This document shows positions 18,892 to 29,448 of a DNA stretch of 47,598 bases, in pieces. Positions within the stretch are counted from its first letter, which is position 1. Every line of letters starts with the position of its first letter. Made by a program: the position numbers and the translations under genes. The DNA lies in assembly GCA_046707185.1 (NCBI GenBank), contig JBJKOR010000567.1, forward strand, positions 1-47,598. Direction: 5' to 3'. The DNA comes from Anaerolineales bacterium (GTDB lineage: Bacteria; Chloroflexota; Anaerolineae; Anaerolineales; Villigracilaceae). A model generated the notes under the pieces. It saw nothing but the letters and a program-made list of their open reading frames with translations. It had not been told where the DNA came from and made no database searches.

Positions 18892-20109
18892 ATGAGAATT
18901 TTGGTGATTACTGATTACTTGCCCTACCCACTAATTGGAGGAGATCGAATCCGAATCTATAATCTCCTTCTTCGAGTTGCTTATCGCCACGAAGTGTCTC
19001 TGGTTGGATTCTTAGAAAAACCAGATGACGTTGAAGGAATAGCGTATTTAAGAGAGTTCTGCGCTAGAGTCGAAGCGATCAACCCTCCGCAACGGAGTTA
19101 CTTGACACGCCTACTAGGTATGATCTGGTATGCTCTAACAGCCAAACCTATGGAACTATATCTTCTTCATTCTAAAGAGCTCTTTAACAAGATCCAACAG
19201 CTTGCTTCAACTTCAGATTTTGACATTATACAAGTCGAACACTCGCGCATGGGCTTATATCTGAAAGCATTCCCACCCAATAGGCGCTGTAAGAGTCTTT
19301 TAATGTTCCACAACTTTACTTATCAACAATATGATCGAGTTGCGCACATCGAACGAAATTGGTATCGAAAATTGAGATCATTCCTAAATGGCATAGCCAT
19401 GCTTAAATGGGAACCGCGTTATGCAGAAAGATTTGATCGTTGCGTTACTGTTTCCGAAGCGGATAAGAGTTTGTTGTTGAAAGCGAACCCCCGGTTAAAT
19501 GTAAATGTAATTCCAAATGGAGTAGATGTCCATAAGTATCAACCGTTGCCTTTGCTGATCGGGAACGTGTTACCGTCTGCTCTGTTATTCGTTGGCAATA
19601 TGGGATATCCACCTTGTGTTGATGCCGTGCTCTATTTTTGCGGTGAAATCTTCCCCCGGATTCTCCAGAAGATACCTGCAACTGAACTGTGGATTGTTGG
19701 AAGAGACCCGCAACGAGAAGTTTTACGGCTCAACAGCGATAAGGTCCATGTCACAGGACAGGTGAGCGATGTAGTTCCATATTATCGGCAGGCACATGTC
19801 TGTGTTGTGCCGCTTCGCGCTGGAGGAGGAACACGGCTCAAGATCTTGGAAGCAATGGCACTTGGTAGGCCGGTTGTCTCCACTACTGTAGGATGTGAGG
19901 GGTTAGATGTGATGGATGGCGAACATCTTGTGATCGCGGATAGCCCGGAGCTTTTTGCCGAGAAAACAGTTAGCCTGTTTACTAACATACAACTGTATCG
20001 CCGTATTTCGATGAATGGTAGGAAGTTTGTAGAGACCCAATGCGATTGGAACAAGATCGCTGACAAGCTGACGAACGTTTATAAGGATGTTGTTCGCAGT
20101 GGTTACTAA
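18892..20109 (+). CDS. glycosyltransferase family 4
   Basis: MRILVITDYLPYP...GGDRIR N-terminus. GGGTRLKILEAMALGRPVVST motif. Confidence 0.85.
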   Translation: MRILVITDYLPYPLIGGDRIRIYNLLLRVAYRHEVSLVGFLEKPDDVEGIAYLREFCARVEAINPPQRSYLTRLLGMIWYALTAKPMELYLLHSKELFNKIQQLASTSDFDIIQVEHSRMGLYLKAFPPNRRCKSLLMFHNFTYQQYDRVAHIERNWYRKLRSFLNGIAMLKWEPRYAERFDRCVTVSEADKSLLLKANPRLNVNVIPNGVDVHKYQPLPLLIGNVLPSALLFVGNMGYPPCVDAVLYFCGEIFPRILQKIPATELWIVGRDPQREVLRLNSDKVHVTGQVSDVVPYYRQAHVCVVPLRAGGGTRLKILEAMALGRPVVSTTVGCEGLDVMDGEHLVIADSPELFAEKTVSLFTNIQLYRRISMNGRKFVETQCDWNKIADKLTNVYKDVVRSGY

Positions 20110-20141
20110 ATCTGAAATGAATTGTGTAAGCATGTATGTGA

Positions 20142-20939
20142 ATGTCGAGGTATCAAACGATGTTTCTCATTAACGTTCCTATTCTGGAGTATCATCAGAT
20201 CAATCCAACAGATCCACGTAAGGATCTTATTCACGCTTTATCCGTAAATAAATTCAAAGCCCAAATGCGTTATTTGTATAAAAAAGGCTATACATGCCTG
20301 TCTCTGGTAGAGCTTTTGCAGAAAACTCCTCATCAACAATCAAAACTAAAAAAATCGTTTGCGTTGACCTTTGATGACGGCTATAAAAATTTTTTTACTC
20401 AGGCTTTTCCGGTCCTTCGCAGTTACGGTTTCACCGCCACCGTATTCCTGATAACCGACAGGATACACCAGCAGGATGGTTTGGAACACCAAAGAGACGG
20501 TAAATATTTAAATTGGGAACAGATCGAAACGCTGCAACGCTTGGGAATCTCTTTTGGAAGCCACACCTGCACCCATCCAAATTTACTAGATCTATCACGC
20601 GAGGAAATTTGGCGCGAATTGGCTGTCTCTAAAAGTCATTTAGAAACTAGGTTGGGCAAAGAAGTCCAATGGCTGGCTTACCCGCACGGAGCTACATCGG
20701 ATGAAATTCAAAAAATAGCAGAGGCTGTTGGTTACAAAGCTGCACTTGGTACGCATTGCGGGAGGAGGAATCTCTTTAACATATGGCGATGTGAGTGTTT
20801 CAGAGACGATGCTCTCATTTCATTTGCTTTTAAATTGTTCCCTTGGTATCTATATCCGCGAATCCTTCGAGAAGAAACCAATGTTGGGCGAACGCTTGGC
20901 AACTTAAAATCTAGAATCGCTTGGAAAGGGTTGACATGA
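20142..20939 (+). CDS. polysaccharide deacetylase (CE4)
   Basis: LTFDDGY (Asp-Asp motif), SHTCTHPNL (His motif) and LAYPHG. Confidence 0.8.
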   Translation: MSRYQTMFLINVPILEYHQINPTDPRKDLIHALSVNKFKAQMRYLYKKGYTCLSLVELLQKTPHQQSKLKKSFALTFDDGYKNFFTQAFPVLRSYGFTATVFLITDRIHQQDGLEHQRDGKYLNWEQIETLQRLGISFGSHTCTHPNLLDLSREEIWRELAVSKSHLETRLGKEVQWLAYPHGATSDEIQKIAEAVGYKAALGTHCGRRNLFNIWRCECFRDDALISFAFKLFPWYLYPRILREETNVGRTLGNLKSRIAWKGLT

Positions 20940-21946
20940 GCGTGCGGTTAGTCAGTATTATTGTTTGTACCCATAATCGTGCAGATTTGTTGTCTTGCAT
21001 CATTGACCAGTTGCGTGCTCAAAACTATCCTGCCGATTCCTTTGAGATTATCATAATAGACAACAATTCAACCGACCAAACACGGCAAGTTGTTGAGGAA
21101 TATATCACCAAGCCTGGAGCGCCCGTACGTTATGTGTTTGAAGGCCGATCTGGCATAACTTTTGTTCGGAATCGAGGAGCCGAAGAATCTCATTATCCTT
21201 ACCTCGCCTATGTCGATGACGATTGCCGCGTTGGATCGGATTGGCTTTCTCAGCTTGTCCGTGGATTCGATCTGCAAGAAAATGTTGGAGCGATAGGAGG
21301 AAGGGTAACGCTTGATTGGGGTCAACAGGAGCGGCCGAAATGGTTAGGTTCCGGGTTCGAACCCTGGCTAGCTGAAAACAGTCGTCTGGGTTATCAACCA
21401 CGATTGCTGGATAAAAAAAACCAGATAATGGAAGGCAATATGGCAATATCCCGCGAGGCTTGGCACCTCGCTGGAGGTTTTTTGGGCATGGAGCAATTTG
21501 GCAGTCGGAACATGTCTGCCGGAGAGGTTCTATACATGCTCTATCAACTTCGTAAAAGCGGATATCAGGTTGCTTTTGTTCCCCAGGCTGTAGCTATGCA
21601 CCGTATGGGCATATATACTCGTTGTAGATTTCTTCATCGAGCTTACTGGCAGGGAGTGTCTGATGGCATCCTCGACTATCTTATTTATAGACGTTCATGG
21701 CTGGCAACAATCGCCCGCATCATTCTCGATTTTGCTGCCATGATTGTCTTGTTCGGATGCGCAAGCCTCTTCTATTTAGCTGCCAGAGAGGATAGAGGCA
21801 TGATATACCTGGTGCGCGCTGTCAGAAGATTCAGCCTGATATTATCCGAAGCGCGTTTGGCAGGCAACTGGCATTGCGTCCGGACATGGATTTCAGCACA
21901 TGATTCAATCGAGCAAAGCCAAGCTGGATTGCCCGCAAAAATTTAA
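20936..21946 (+). CDS. glycosyltransferase family 2 with C-terminal membrane segment
   Basis: ATGA overlap start (MSVRLVSIIVCTHNRADLL). IIIDNNSTDQT. YVDDDC (DXD). Confidence 0.85.
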   Translation: MSVRLVSIIVCTHNRADLLSCIIDQLRAQNYPADSFEIIIIDNNSTDQTRQVVEEYITKPGAPVRYVFEGRSGITFVRNRGAEESHYPYLAYVDDDCRVGSDWLSQLVRGFDLQENVGAIGGRVTLDWGQQERPKWLGSGFEPWLAENSRLGYQPRLLDKKNQIMEGNMAISREAWHLAGGFLGMEQFGSRNMSAGEVLYMLYQLRKSGYQVAFVPQAVAMHRMGIYTRCRFLHRAYWQGVSDGILDYLIYRRSWLATIARIILDFAAMIVLFGCASLFYLAAREDRGMIYLVRAVRRFSLILSEARLAGNWHCVRTWISAHDSIEQSQAGLPAKI

Positions 21947-21958
21947 GGAGAAACTGCA

Positions 21959-23005
21959 ATGAACAAGATCCCAAGTACTTCATCGGAATCCACAAATTCA
22001 TTTAAGAATTCGCCGCGTCTCGCGCTGATTGGATGTGGTGCGATTGCCGAAAGTTATTACCTGCCTGCTTTGGCGAAGTTCCCACACATCATGGATAACC
22101 TGATTCTTGTGGATCAAGACTTAAACAGAGCGCAAAAGCTGGCAGCGAATTTCAAAGTAAAAAAATATCTTGCCAACTACCGTGAAATTTTACTGGAAGC
22201 CGATGGCGTAATCGTTGCCGTACCCATCCATCTTCATCACCCAATTGCTATGGAGTTTCTTTCAAGGGGTATACCTGTTCTGTGCGAGAAACCACTGGCA
22301 GAAAATGCCGGTAAAGCACGGGAGATGGTTGATGAAGCTCAGCGGACCGTTGCAGGATTGGCAACGAATTATTCCCAGCGACTCTGGCCCCAGTTTGCAA
22401 AAGTGAAGGAGTTGACTAGGACCAAAGAACTCGGCGAACCATTATCCATTAAATATTTCGCGGGTGAGATTTTTAAATGGCCGACTGTTTCCGGATTTTA
22501 TTTCAACTCAGCGACGTCCGGGCGCGGCATATTGCGCGATCGAGGCGCTCATGTCCTAGATCATGTCTGTTGGTGGTTGGGAGGCAAACCAAAAGTTGTG
22601 TGTTCCAAGAACGACTCTTTTGGTGGCAGTGAAGCGGTAGCATATGTTCAATTTGAATATGAGAAGTGCAAGGGCGAGGTCAAACTCAGTTGGTTAGGCA
22701 GTTTTCCATGCAAGTTCTTTGTTGAATTTGAACATGGCTCCATCGAAGGCGATGTCTCTTATCCGCAAAGCGTTTTGTTGAAAATAGGATCAAAGCCTCA
22801 GGAGCGTGTAAATCTGAATTTCGAATCCTATACGGCGCTTGGCAACAAGATAATCACCAACTTCCTTCAAGTCGTTGCTGGTGACGAAAAGCCCTTAATC
22901 CCCGCGAGCGATGTGCTGGCTTCGGTCCTTTTCACTGACGAATGCTATGCAGCCGCCACACAGTTCGATATGCCGTGGTATGAAACCCCGGAGGTGATAC
23001 GATGA
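21959..23005 (+). CDS. Gfo/Idh/MocA-family oxidoreductase
   Basis: GGAGA RBS. LALIGCGAIAESYYLPAL Rossmann segment. CEKP motif. Confidence 0.75.
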   Translation: MNKIPSTSSESTNSFKNSPRLALIGCGAIAESYYLPALAKFPHIMDNLILVDQDLNRAQKLAANFKVKKYLANYREILLEADGVIVAVPIHLHHPIAMEFLSRGIPVLCEKPLAENAGKAREMVDEAQRTVAGLATNYSQRLWPQFAKVKELTRTKELGEPLSIKYFAGEIFKWPTVSGFYFNSATSGRGILRDRGAHVLDHVCWWLGGKPKVVCSKNDSFGGSEAVAYVQFEYEKCKGEVKLSWLGSFPCKFFVEFEHGSIEGDVSYPQSVLLKIGSKPQERVNLNFESYTALGNKIITNFLQVVAGDEKPLIPASDVLASVLFTDECYAAATQFDMPWYETPEVIR

Positions 23006-24057
23006 CTAGCAAAGAGACAATCTTGGTAACAGGAGGCGGCGGATTTATCGGGGGCTGGATCGTAGAGGTGCTTCATCTGAGCGGTTCAAACAATGTCCGA
23101 GCCGGGATCAGAAATTGGTCAAGTGCAGCGCGCTTGGCGCGATTCCCGGTTGAAATCGTTCTTTGCGATGTAATGGACAAGGAATGCATCTCTCAAGCGA
23201 TGTCAGGCGTCAGCTGCGTAATCCACTGCGTTTCCGGCTCCACCGAAGCCATCATTCAAGGAACGAAAAATATGCTGGATGCCGCTCTACAACAAGGCGT
23301 AAGGCGTTTTGTCCATCTGAGCACAGCAGAAGTTTACGGAAATGTGAAAGGCGATGTCAATGAGGCTTTCCTGCTTCAGCCTACTGGCAACCCGTATGGG
23401 GATGCAAAGATCGAAGCGGAGAAATTGTGCTGGAAATATTGCAAAATGGGGCTGCCAGTTACTGTGATCAGGCCATCCATAGTTTATGGTCCCTTTAGCA
23501 GAGATTGGACCGTTCGATTCGCTCAAAGGCTTCAATCGGGAAACTGGGGAATATTCAAAGGATATGGAGAAGGGTTTTGTAATTTGATCTACGTGACCGA
23601 TTTGGTTTCTGGTATTTTGTTGTCTGCTCATAAGGAATGCGCAGTGGGTAAAGCTTTCAACTTAGTTGGTCCAGATTTGATAACATGGAACCAGTATTTT
23701 GAAAGACTCAACGCTGCCTTGAACTTTCCGGGGCTGAAAGTAATCGACTCATCTCAAGCCAGATTAAAAAGTGCCGCCATGGATCCTATACGATCTTTGG
23801 GAAAGTTCGTCTTGAAACACTTTAGCACGCCTCTCAGAAAATTATCTCAAGGCAACAGGCAAGCAAGAGAACTGTTGCAATATGCAGATAAGTCGCTTAA
23901 AACGTTTCCGAGTCTTGATGAATTATCTTTATACAACCGAGAGGCTGTTTATCTCACAAACCAAGCACGTGACTTGCTTGGATATCAGCCTGCAATTGGT
24001 ATAGATCAAGGCTTGGATTTAAGCGTGCAGTGGATGAGAGATACTTGGATTGTGTAA
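23002..24057 (+). CDS. NAD-dependent epimerase/dehydratase (extended SDR)
   Basis: VTGGGGFIGGWIV glycine-rich loop. YGDAK (YxxxK). ATGA overlap. Confidence 0.85.
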   Translation: MTSKETILVTGGGGFIGGWIVEVLHLSGSNNVRAGIRNWSSAARLARFPVEIVLCDVMDKECISQAMSGVSCVIHCVSGSTEAIIQGTKNMLDAALQQGVRRFVHLSTAEVYGNVKGDVNEAFLLQPTGNPYGDAKIEAEKLCWKYCKMGLPVTVIRPSIVYGPFSRDWTVRFAQRLQSGNWGIFKGYGEGFCNLIYVTDLVSGILLSAHKECAVGKAFNLVGPDLITWNQYFERLNAALNFPGLKVIDSSQARLKSAAMDPIRSLGKFVLKHFSTPLRKLSQGNRQARELLQYADKSLKTFPSLDELSLYNREAVYLTNQARDLLGYQPAIGIDQGLDLSVQWMRDTWIV

Positions 24058-24086
24058 CTGCACATCGCTCTTCAGGAGATAATTTT

Positions 24087-25088
24087 ATGACCCCCAAACA
24101 AGGGAAAGGTGCTTTTATCGTATGGAGAAAGTTTCAAAGACGAGTGGAGGTTCTTGCTCCCTTTCTGGGCTTGGAGATCTATTATTTTAGTTATTCATGG
24201 GAGGAGAAATCTAAGATCTTCAAAGCTTATTCATATGTTCTGAAGATGATTGCCACACTTAAATGCCTTTTTCAAAGAAGACCGTCTTTGGTTTTCATCC
24301 AATTTCCTCCTCCTCCAGCCCTTTACTGTGTCGCTTTCTATGCATGGCTAACAAATACAAGGTATATCGTAGATTGTCATATGGAGATTGCTAATGACCA
24401 TTGGATCAAATGGATTTATGTTAAGCAATTGCTCGTTAAGGGAAAATTAATCGTTCATAATGAGCATCTCATTGAACCTGTAATCAGAAGTGTGAATACA
24501 AAGCCCATTGTACTTAGAGATGGGATTGCCAATAGATACTCAAGAGCTCATCATGAAAGTGCACTAGTGAAAAATCTGAATCTCCGCTCAAAAAGTTATG
24601 TGATCGTCCCCTGTAGCTTTTCTCTTGACGAGCCTATTATCGAGATCATTGAAGCCGCAAAAATGTTACCCGAAATCCCATTCATCATGACATGGAATTC
24701 AGAAAGGCTCTTAGCCACAATTCGCAATAATCTACCGCCTAACGTAGTATTGACCGGCTATTTGCCGGTCGATGATTTCGATTCTCTTTTTGCCAATTCG
24801 GGCATTGCCCTAGTGCTAACAAAACACGAGAATGTCCAATTGAGCGGTATGCAAGAAGCAATGGCATTCGAGGTGCCTGCAGTAGTAACCGATCTAAGAA
24901 CAACAAGATACCTTTACAAAGACTGTCCCGTTTTCGTGGAGAATGACCCGCGATCAATCGCAGTTGGAATCAAGCGGGCTCTCGAGAACAAGCAAGGATT
25001 TGCAGAAAGGATGAAGAAACTCCGAATGGAAACGGAGAAGGAGTTCCTCGAACAGCTAACGAATCTCAAGGCATCACTGGATTTGTAA
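24087..25088 (+). CDS. putative GT-B-fold glycosyltransferase
   Basis: Start at ATG 24087 behind AGGAGA. C-terminal LSGMQEAMAFEVPAVVTD resembles the GT4 EAMA..P.V motif. The rest is divergent. Confidence 0.55.
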   Translation: MTPKQGKGAFIVWRKFQRRVEVLAPFLGLEIYYFSYSWEEKSKIFKAYSYVLKMIATLKCLFQRRPSLVFIQFPPPPALYCVAFYAWLTNTRYIVDCHMEIANDHWIKWIYVKQLLVKGKLIVHNEHLIEPVIRSVNTKPIVLRDGIANRYSRAHHESALVKNLNLRSKSYVIVPCSFSLDEPIIEIIEAAKMLPEIPFIMTWNSERLLATIRNNLPPNVVLTGYLPVDDFDSLFANSGIALVLTKHENVQLSGMQEAMAFEVPAVVTDLRTTRYLYKDCPVFVENDPRSIAVGIKRALENKQGFAERMKKLRMETEKEFLEQLTNLKASLDL

Positions 25089-25138
25089 ATTTCCGGAGTT
25101 TGCCATTGCCAGCTCTTAAATTCTGATGGTATGGAGCT

Positions 25139-25330
25139 ATGATCTTATCGGGCGTGCAGATCGGCCGTGGAGCGATCATCGCAACTGGTTCGGTTGTCAC
25201 CAAATCGGTGGAGCCTTATGCCATTGTCGTTGGCGTACCCGCAAAACTCATTGGCATGCGATTCTTTCCGGATGAAATTGCGAGGCACGAACAGGAGTTG
25301 TTGAAACTTGAGCAGAATTCAACCAAATGA
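25139..25330 (+). pseudogene. C-terminal remnant of a hexapeptide-repeat acetyltransferase
   Basis: Only 63 aa ([41 protein letters not shown]...). An in-frame TGA lies 5 codons upstream. No N-terminal half in any frame by eye. Confidence 0.6.
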
Positions 25331-25439
25331 TCCGGTACTTTGACCTTTGATGCAGATAACGGTTAAGCATTCTGTTCTTGGCAATATTGGATATTTCGAC
25401 AGGCGTGAAAAACTTTGAAAGACGCGGAGTAGATTTCCA

Positions 25440-26633
25440 GTGAAAAGCTTGAACATCCTCATGATCACTCACCACCGGCGACATAAGGCCTTTGGGCGCT
25501 CTTTTGCAATGGCAAAAAATCTGGTGTTAAGGGGACATAAAGTCACTCTTCTTGTGATCTCCGAACAACGCAGGCTAGGCATAGAAGAGACGCGATGGGA
25601 TGGAATTCGTGTCATTGAGACACCTGATATGCTATGGGGAAGATTGCGTTCCGGATGGGATATTTGGGATACTCTCAACCGAATCATTTTTCTCAAGAAA
25701 GAAGAAGAACATTACGACCTCGTCCATTGTTTTGAAACTCGACCAGCCACAATCTATCCGGCGTTATTCTATTTAAGGCATCACCAGATTCCTCTTATCA
25801 CTGATTGGAATGATTGGTTCGGAAGGGAAGGAGTCATCACAGTACTTCGTCCAAAATGGTATCGCATCCTGTTCGGGGGCATGGAAACCTATTATGAAGA
25901 GGCTTTTCGCAAGGCTGGTAAGGGGATTACGGTTATATCCACCGCGCTGGCTAAGCGCGCTGCCGCTCTAGGAATCGACAATGACAGAATCTGCTGCATT
26001 TCCGGAGGTACCTTTCCAGATCTGTACCAAGCACATTCAAAAGAAGAATGCCGTCGGAGAATGGGAATACCAGATACTATCCCTATTATTTGCTTTTCCA
26101 GCGGCGATACGTATCTGGATTTGGAATTAGTCCTAGAAGCAATTGCAGAAGTTGCAAAGAAATATCCAATGGTTAAATTGATGATAACAGGCCAAATTAG
26201 AAAACATATATTAAAGCAGGCTAGGAATTATGGTGTCGAAAACAGTCTCTTCTTAACAGGATTTGTCCCTTACGATGAGCTAATTTGGTATATGGGGTGT
26301 GCTGATATATTCATTCTCCCATACCCTGAAACAATTTATAACATAGGGAGATGGCCAAATAAATTGGGAGATTACTTGTGCCTAGGACGCCCTACTATTG
26401 CAAACCCGGTTGGCGATATCAAAAGTCTTTTTGAAAACAACGAGATAGGTCTCTTAGCTAATTATGATAAGGAAGATTTTTGTAAAAAGATTAATTTCTT
26501 GATCGAGAATCCTGAGATAAGAAGAAGGTTAGGAGAAAATTCCAGAAGAATCGCAGTAGATGTATTAGATTGGAGAATCAAAATAAAAACGTTGGAAGAC
26601 TTTTACTACAAAATTTTGAATGGTAATTCATAG
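25440..26633 (+). CDS. glycosyltransferase family 4-like
   Basis: GTG start. LNILMITHH...GHKVTLLV N-terminus. C-terminal WPNKLGDYLCLGRPTIANPVGD motif. Confidence 0.75.
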   Translation: MKSLNILMITHHRRHKAFGRSFAMAKNLVLRGHKVTLLVISEQRRLGIEETRWDGIRVIETPDMLWGRLRSGWDIWDTLNRIIFLKKEEEHYDLVHCFETRPATIYPALFYLRHHQIPLITDWNDWFGREGVITVLRPKWYRILFGGMETYYEEAFRKAGKGITVISTALAKRAAALGIDNDRICCISGGTFPDLYQAHSKEECRRRMGIPDTIPIICFSSGDTYLDLELVLEAIAEVAKKYPMVKLMITGQIRKHILKQARNYGVENSLFLTGFVPYDELIWYMGCADIFILPYPETIYNIGRWPNKLGDYLCLGRPTIANPVGDIKSLFENNEIGLLANYDKEDFCKKINFLIENPEIRRRLGENSRRIAVDVLDWRIKIKTLEDFYYKILNGNS

Positions 26634-26685
26634 CATAATCAAAAGATGTGCGGACATTATGAGGCCTTTAAGGAGTATGCATAAG

Positions 26686-27879
26686 ATGAAACTTTATGCT
26701 CTCGCCAATCTTATCCCCAGAAACAACTGGGATTATGGATGGAAAGCATTATTCCATGCTCTCGCGAGTACAGGCAAAAAGTTCATTAAGGCGCCAAATA
26801 TGGAAAATATCTTCCAGCAACGTCCTGTTTGGACGACGTCTGGCCGCGCTTCGCTCTATGCGATTCTTAAATCTCTGGAACTGCCAGCAGGCTCAAAGGT
26901 GGGCGTTCCCCTTTTCTGTTGCTCGGTAGTGTTCAATGCCATTTGCCAGGCGGGTTTGACTCCCTGCTTCATCGACTCGGGAATAAGCGATTACAACATC
27001 TTTGTTGAAGATCTTCGCAGAAAACGTGCCGATCTGGCAGCGATCATTGTCGTGCACATGTTCGGCAATCCGTGCGACATGGGCGCAATCAATAATGTCG
27101 CTGGCGACATACCGGTGATTGAGGATTGTGCCCAATCCCTTTTCAGCGTCTACAAGGGCAAACAAACAGGATTCCTATCTACAGTCTCGTTTTTCTCATT
27201 TCGCTGCGGCAAATACATTTCTGCCGGAGAAGGTAGCGCCATTTTTTGCAGGGACCTGGAACTTCAAAAAAAGATTGAACAGATCGCAAACACATTTGAC
27301 GACTGGCTCGCTTCCCAAAAATTGCTCGATGCGCTCTCAACCTTTGTCAAAGCGACTTTGTACAAGCGCCCCTGGTACGGACTCATCGGTTACCCAGTTG
27401 GAATGCGCCTCGACAAAAAAATGAATCTGACTGCCAAAGATGGTTTTGAAACCGGGAAGATCGCGTCCACTCACCTTGCCCTGATCGACGCGCGCATAAC
27501 GTACTTTCAGGAAAAGATTGCTATCCAACGCGAACATGCGCATATGCTTCTCAACGCCGTAAAGCCTGTCAATTTCTCCCTACCATCTGAAAGCGACAAT
27601 GGCTCGACCGGCAACTGGTTCCAGTTCGCCCTCAAATTTCAAAGCACACGCCAGCGGGATGCGATGGCCGATTATCTATTCAGTCGGGGAATCGACACAT
27701 CCAAATATCTCGATGACATTGCAGAGGAAGCCGGTTCACGCTACGGCTATAAGGGAAATTGCCCGAACGCGGAACGACTTTCCAAAATCGTTCTGCTGGT
27801 GCCGATCCATTACACATTACGCGCTCGCGATATCGACTACATTGCCCGTTCCATCAATGCCGGCTCTCAGACACTGTGA
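26686..27879 (+). CDS. divergent DegT/DnrJ/EryC1-family (PLP) aminotransferase-like protein
   Basis: Start preferred at ATG 26686 (AAGGAG 11 nt upstream); the long ORF begins at 26620. SGRASLYAILKSLELPAGSKVGVP, VIEDCAQSL and FRCGKYISAGEGSAIF (putative PLP Lys). Confidence 0.6.
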   Translation: MKLYALANLIPRNNWDYGWKALFHALASTGKKFIKAPNMENIFQQRPVWTTSGRASLYAILKSLELPAGSKVGVPLFCCSVVFNAICQAGLTPCFIDSGISDYNIFVEDLRRKRADLAAIIVVHMFGNPCDMGAINNVAGDIPVIEDCAQSLFSVYKGKQTGFLSTVSFFSFRCGKYISAGEGSAIFCRDLELQKKIEQIANTFDDWLASQKLLDALSTFVKATLYKRPWYGLIGYPVGMRLDKKMNLTAKDGFETGKIASTHLALIDARITYFQEKIAIQREHAHMLLNAVKPVNFSLPSESDNGSTGNWFQFALKFQSTRQRDAMADYLFSRGIDTSKYLDDIAEEAGSRYGYKGNCPNAERLSKIVLLVPIHYTLRARDIDYIARSINAGSQTL

Positions 27880-27890
27880 AATAGGGACGA

Positions 27891-28370
27891 ATGCTCATGG
27901 CAAAGGTCAAGAAAAAATTATTGAAACTGATCGCAAAGCAACTACCTGGAGTCGGGCTGCGAATCGGGCTGCTGCGCATGTGCGGATATATGATCGGAAA
28001 GGATGTTTACATTGGAGAAGATTTCATCATCATTGACGATCTTGGCGACGGGCAATTCAACCTGAGCATTGGTGACCGGGCCGCGGTCTCGCCGCGCGTC
28101 ACCTTCGTTTTGCACTCCCAGCCCAACGAATCGCGGACCGTCCCTTACGTTAACTCCCACAGGGGTTCCATTGTCATCGGACCGGACGCGTGGATTGGAA
28201 CCGGCGCAGTGATCTTGCCAAATGTGACCATCGGCGAAGGGGCAGTTGTCGGTGCTAACTCGGTCGTCACGAAAGATGTGCCTCCGTACACCGTGGTCGG
28301 CGGCGTGCCCGCGCACAAGATCAAGGATGTGGCCGTCCCTTGGTACCATCCAGAAACCCTAATAAAGTGA
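27891..28370 (+). CDS. hexapeptide-repeat acetyltransferase (WbbJ/maltose O-acetyltransferase-like)
   Basis: [44 protein letters not shown]. Confidence 0.85.
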   Translation: MLMAKVKKKLLKLIAKQLPGVGLRIGLLRMCGYMIGKDVYIGEDFIIIDDLGDGQFNLSIGDRAAVSPRVTFVLHSQPNESRTVPYVNSHRGSIVIGPDAWIGTGAVILPNVTIGEGAVVGANSVVTKDVPPYTVVGGVPAHKIKDVAVPWYHPETLIK

Positions 28371-28377
28371 GGCACAC

Positions 28378-29442
28378 ATGACAACCCGCTGCGTTCGTTG
28401 TTTATTGCCCAGCACATACCCAGGCATTATTTTCAATGATGAGGGTGTCTGCAATCATTGTCTTGATTATAAAAAAGTGGAACCAATCGGCGAGGAACAA
28501 TTCCTTCAAGAAATACTTTCCAAGCGCGGCGAGCAATATGACTGCGTGCTGGGCATCAGTGGCGGCAAGGACAGTTCCTACGTCGCTTATCTCGCCAAGA
28601 AAAGACTCCGACTACGTACGTTGGCTGTCTCGTACGACTTCCCTTTCCTGGTTGATCTGGCGCGACAAAACATCAAGGCCGTGTGCGAGAGTCTTGATAT
28701 CGAGTTGTTGGTCGTGAAATCCCGCAACAACTTCGAATACAACTTACTACGCAATCACTTGATGTCCCTAGCTGCGACCGGCACCACATGGGGACAGTGC
28801 ATGTTCTGTCATTACGGCATCGAAGCGGTGCTTTATCAAACAGCGACAAGCCGCGGGATTCCGTTCATCCTCAGCGGTGTGACCAGCAGTGAGGTCTGGT
28901 GGAATCCTGGCAGCCGTTTTGGATTTCTCGCCAAACGGTTGAAGGAAATCCCGCTTTCTGAAAAGATCCGTTTTGGGTTTTATCAAAGCCAGGCGTATCT
29001 CGGTCTGGTTGACCAGCGCATTCAGTTCCCCATTCCGGGCAATAGCAGTCTCAACGCTTACAGGAAGGCGCGTTTACCTGTGTACGGTCCTGAAATCATC
29101 AAAGTATTTGACTACATCGAGTGGGATCAGGATATTATCGAGAAGACGCTGCAGGAAGAGACTGGCTGGCGGAAACCGTCCAAGGCGTTGACCTGGCGCT
29201 ATGATTGCATCCTCGAACCGCTCCTTGATTACACATTTAAAAAGGAATACGGCATTTCCTCCGCGGGACTTTATATCTGCGACCTCATCCGTTCAGGGTT
29301 GGTCAGCCGCGAAGAGGCGTTGGAATTGGTGGAAGAGAATGAAGATCAAGCGCGGTTGGACGAGAACCTAAGAACAGTGCTGGATTTTCTGAGCGTCCCT
29401 GTCCAAATACAGCAAAAGTTCTTCGAGCCATCCGGGGGGTAA
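28378..29442 (+). CDS. N-acetyl-sugar amidotransferase (WbpG/LfnA-type PP-loop enzyme)
   Basis: N-terminal Cys knuckle CVRCLLPSTYPGIIFNDEGVCNHC. PP-loop LGISGGKDSSYVAYL. Confidence 0.8.
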   Translation: MTTRCVRCLLPSTYPGIIFNDEGVCNHCLDYKKVEPIGEEQFLQEILSKRGEQYDCVLGISGGKDSSYVAYLAKKRLRLRTLAVSYDFPFLVDLARQNIKAVCESLDIELLVVKSRNNFEYNLLRNHLMSLAATGTTWGQCMFCHYGIEAVLYQTATSRGIPFILSGVTSSEVWWNPGSRFGFLAKRLKEIPLSEKIRFGFYQSQAYLGLVDQRIQFPIPGNSSLNAYRKARLPVYGPEIIKVFDYIEWDQDIIEKTLQEETGWRKPSKALTWRYDCILEPLLDYTFKKEYGISSAGLYICDLIRSGLVSREEALELVEENEDQARLDENLRTVLDFLSVPVQIQQKFFEPSGG

Positions 29443-29448
29443 ATTGCC

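Noticed and set aside
25139-25330. 63-aa ORF as a functional mini-acetyltransferase
   Set aside because: It contains only the last few hexapeptide turns and the C-terminal tail. It lacks the substrate/CoA-binding body, so I annotated it as a remnant.
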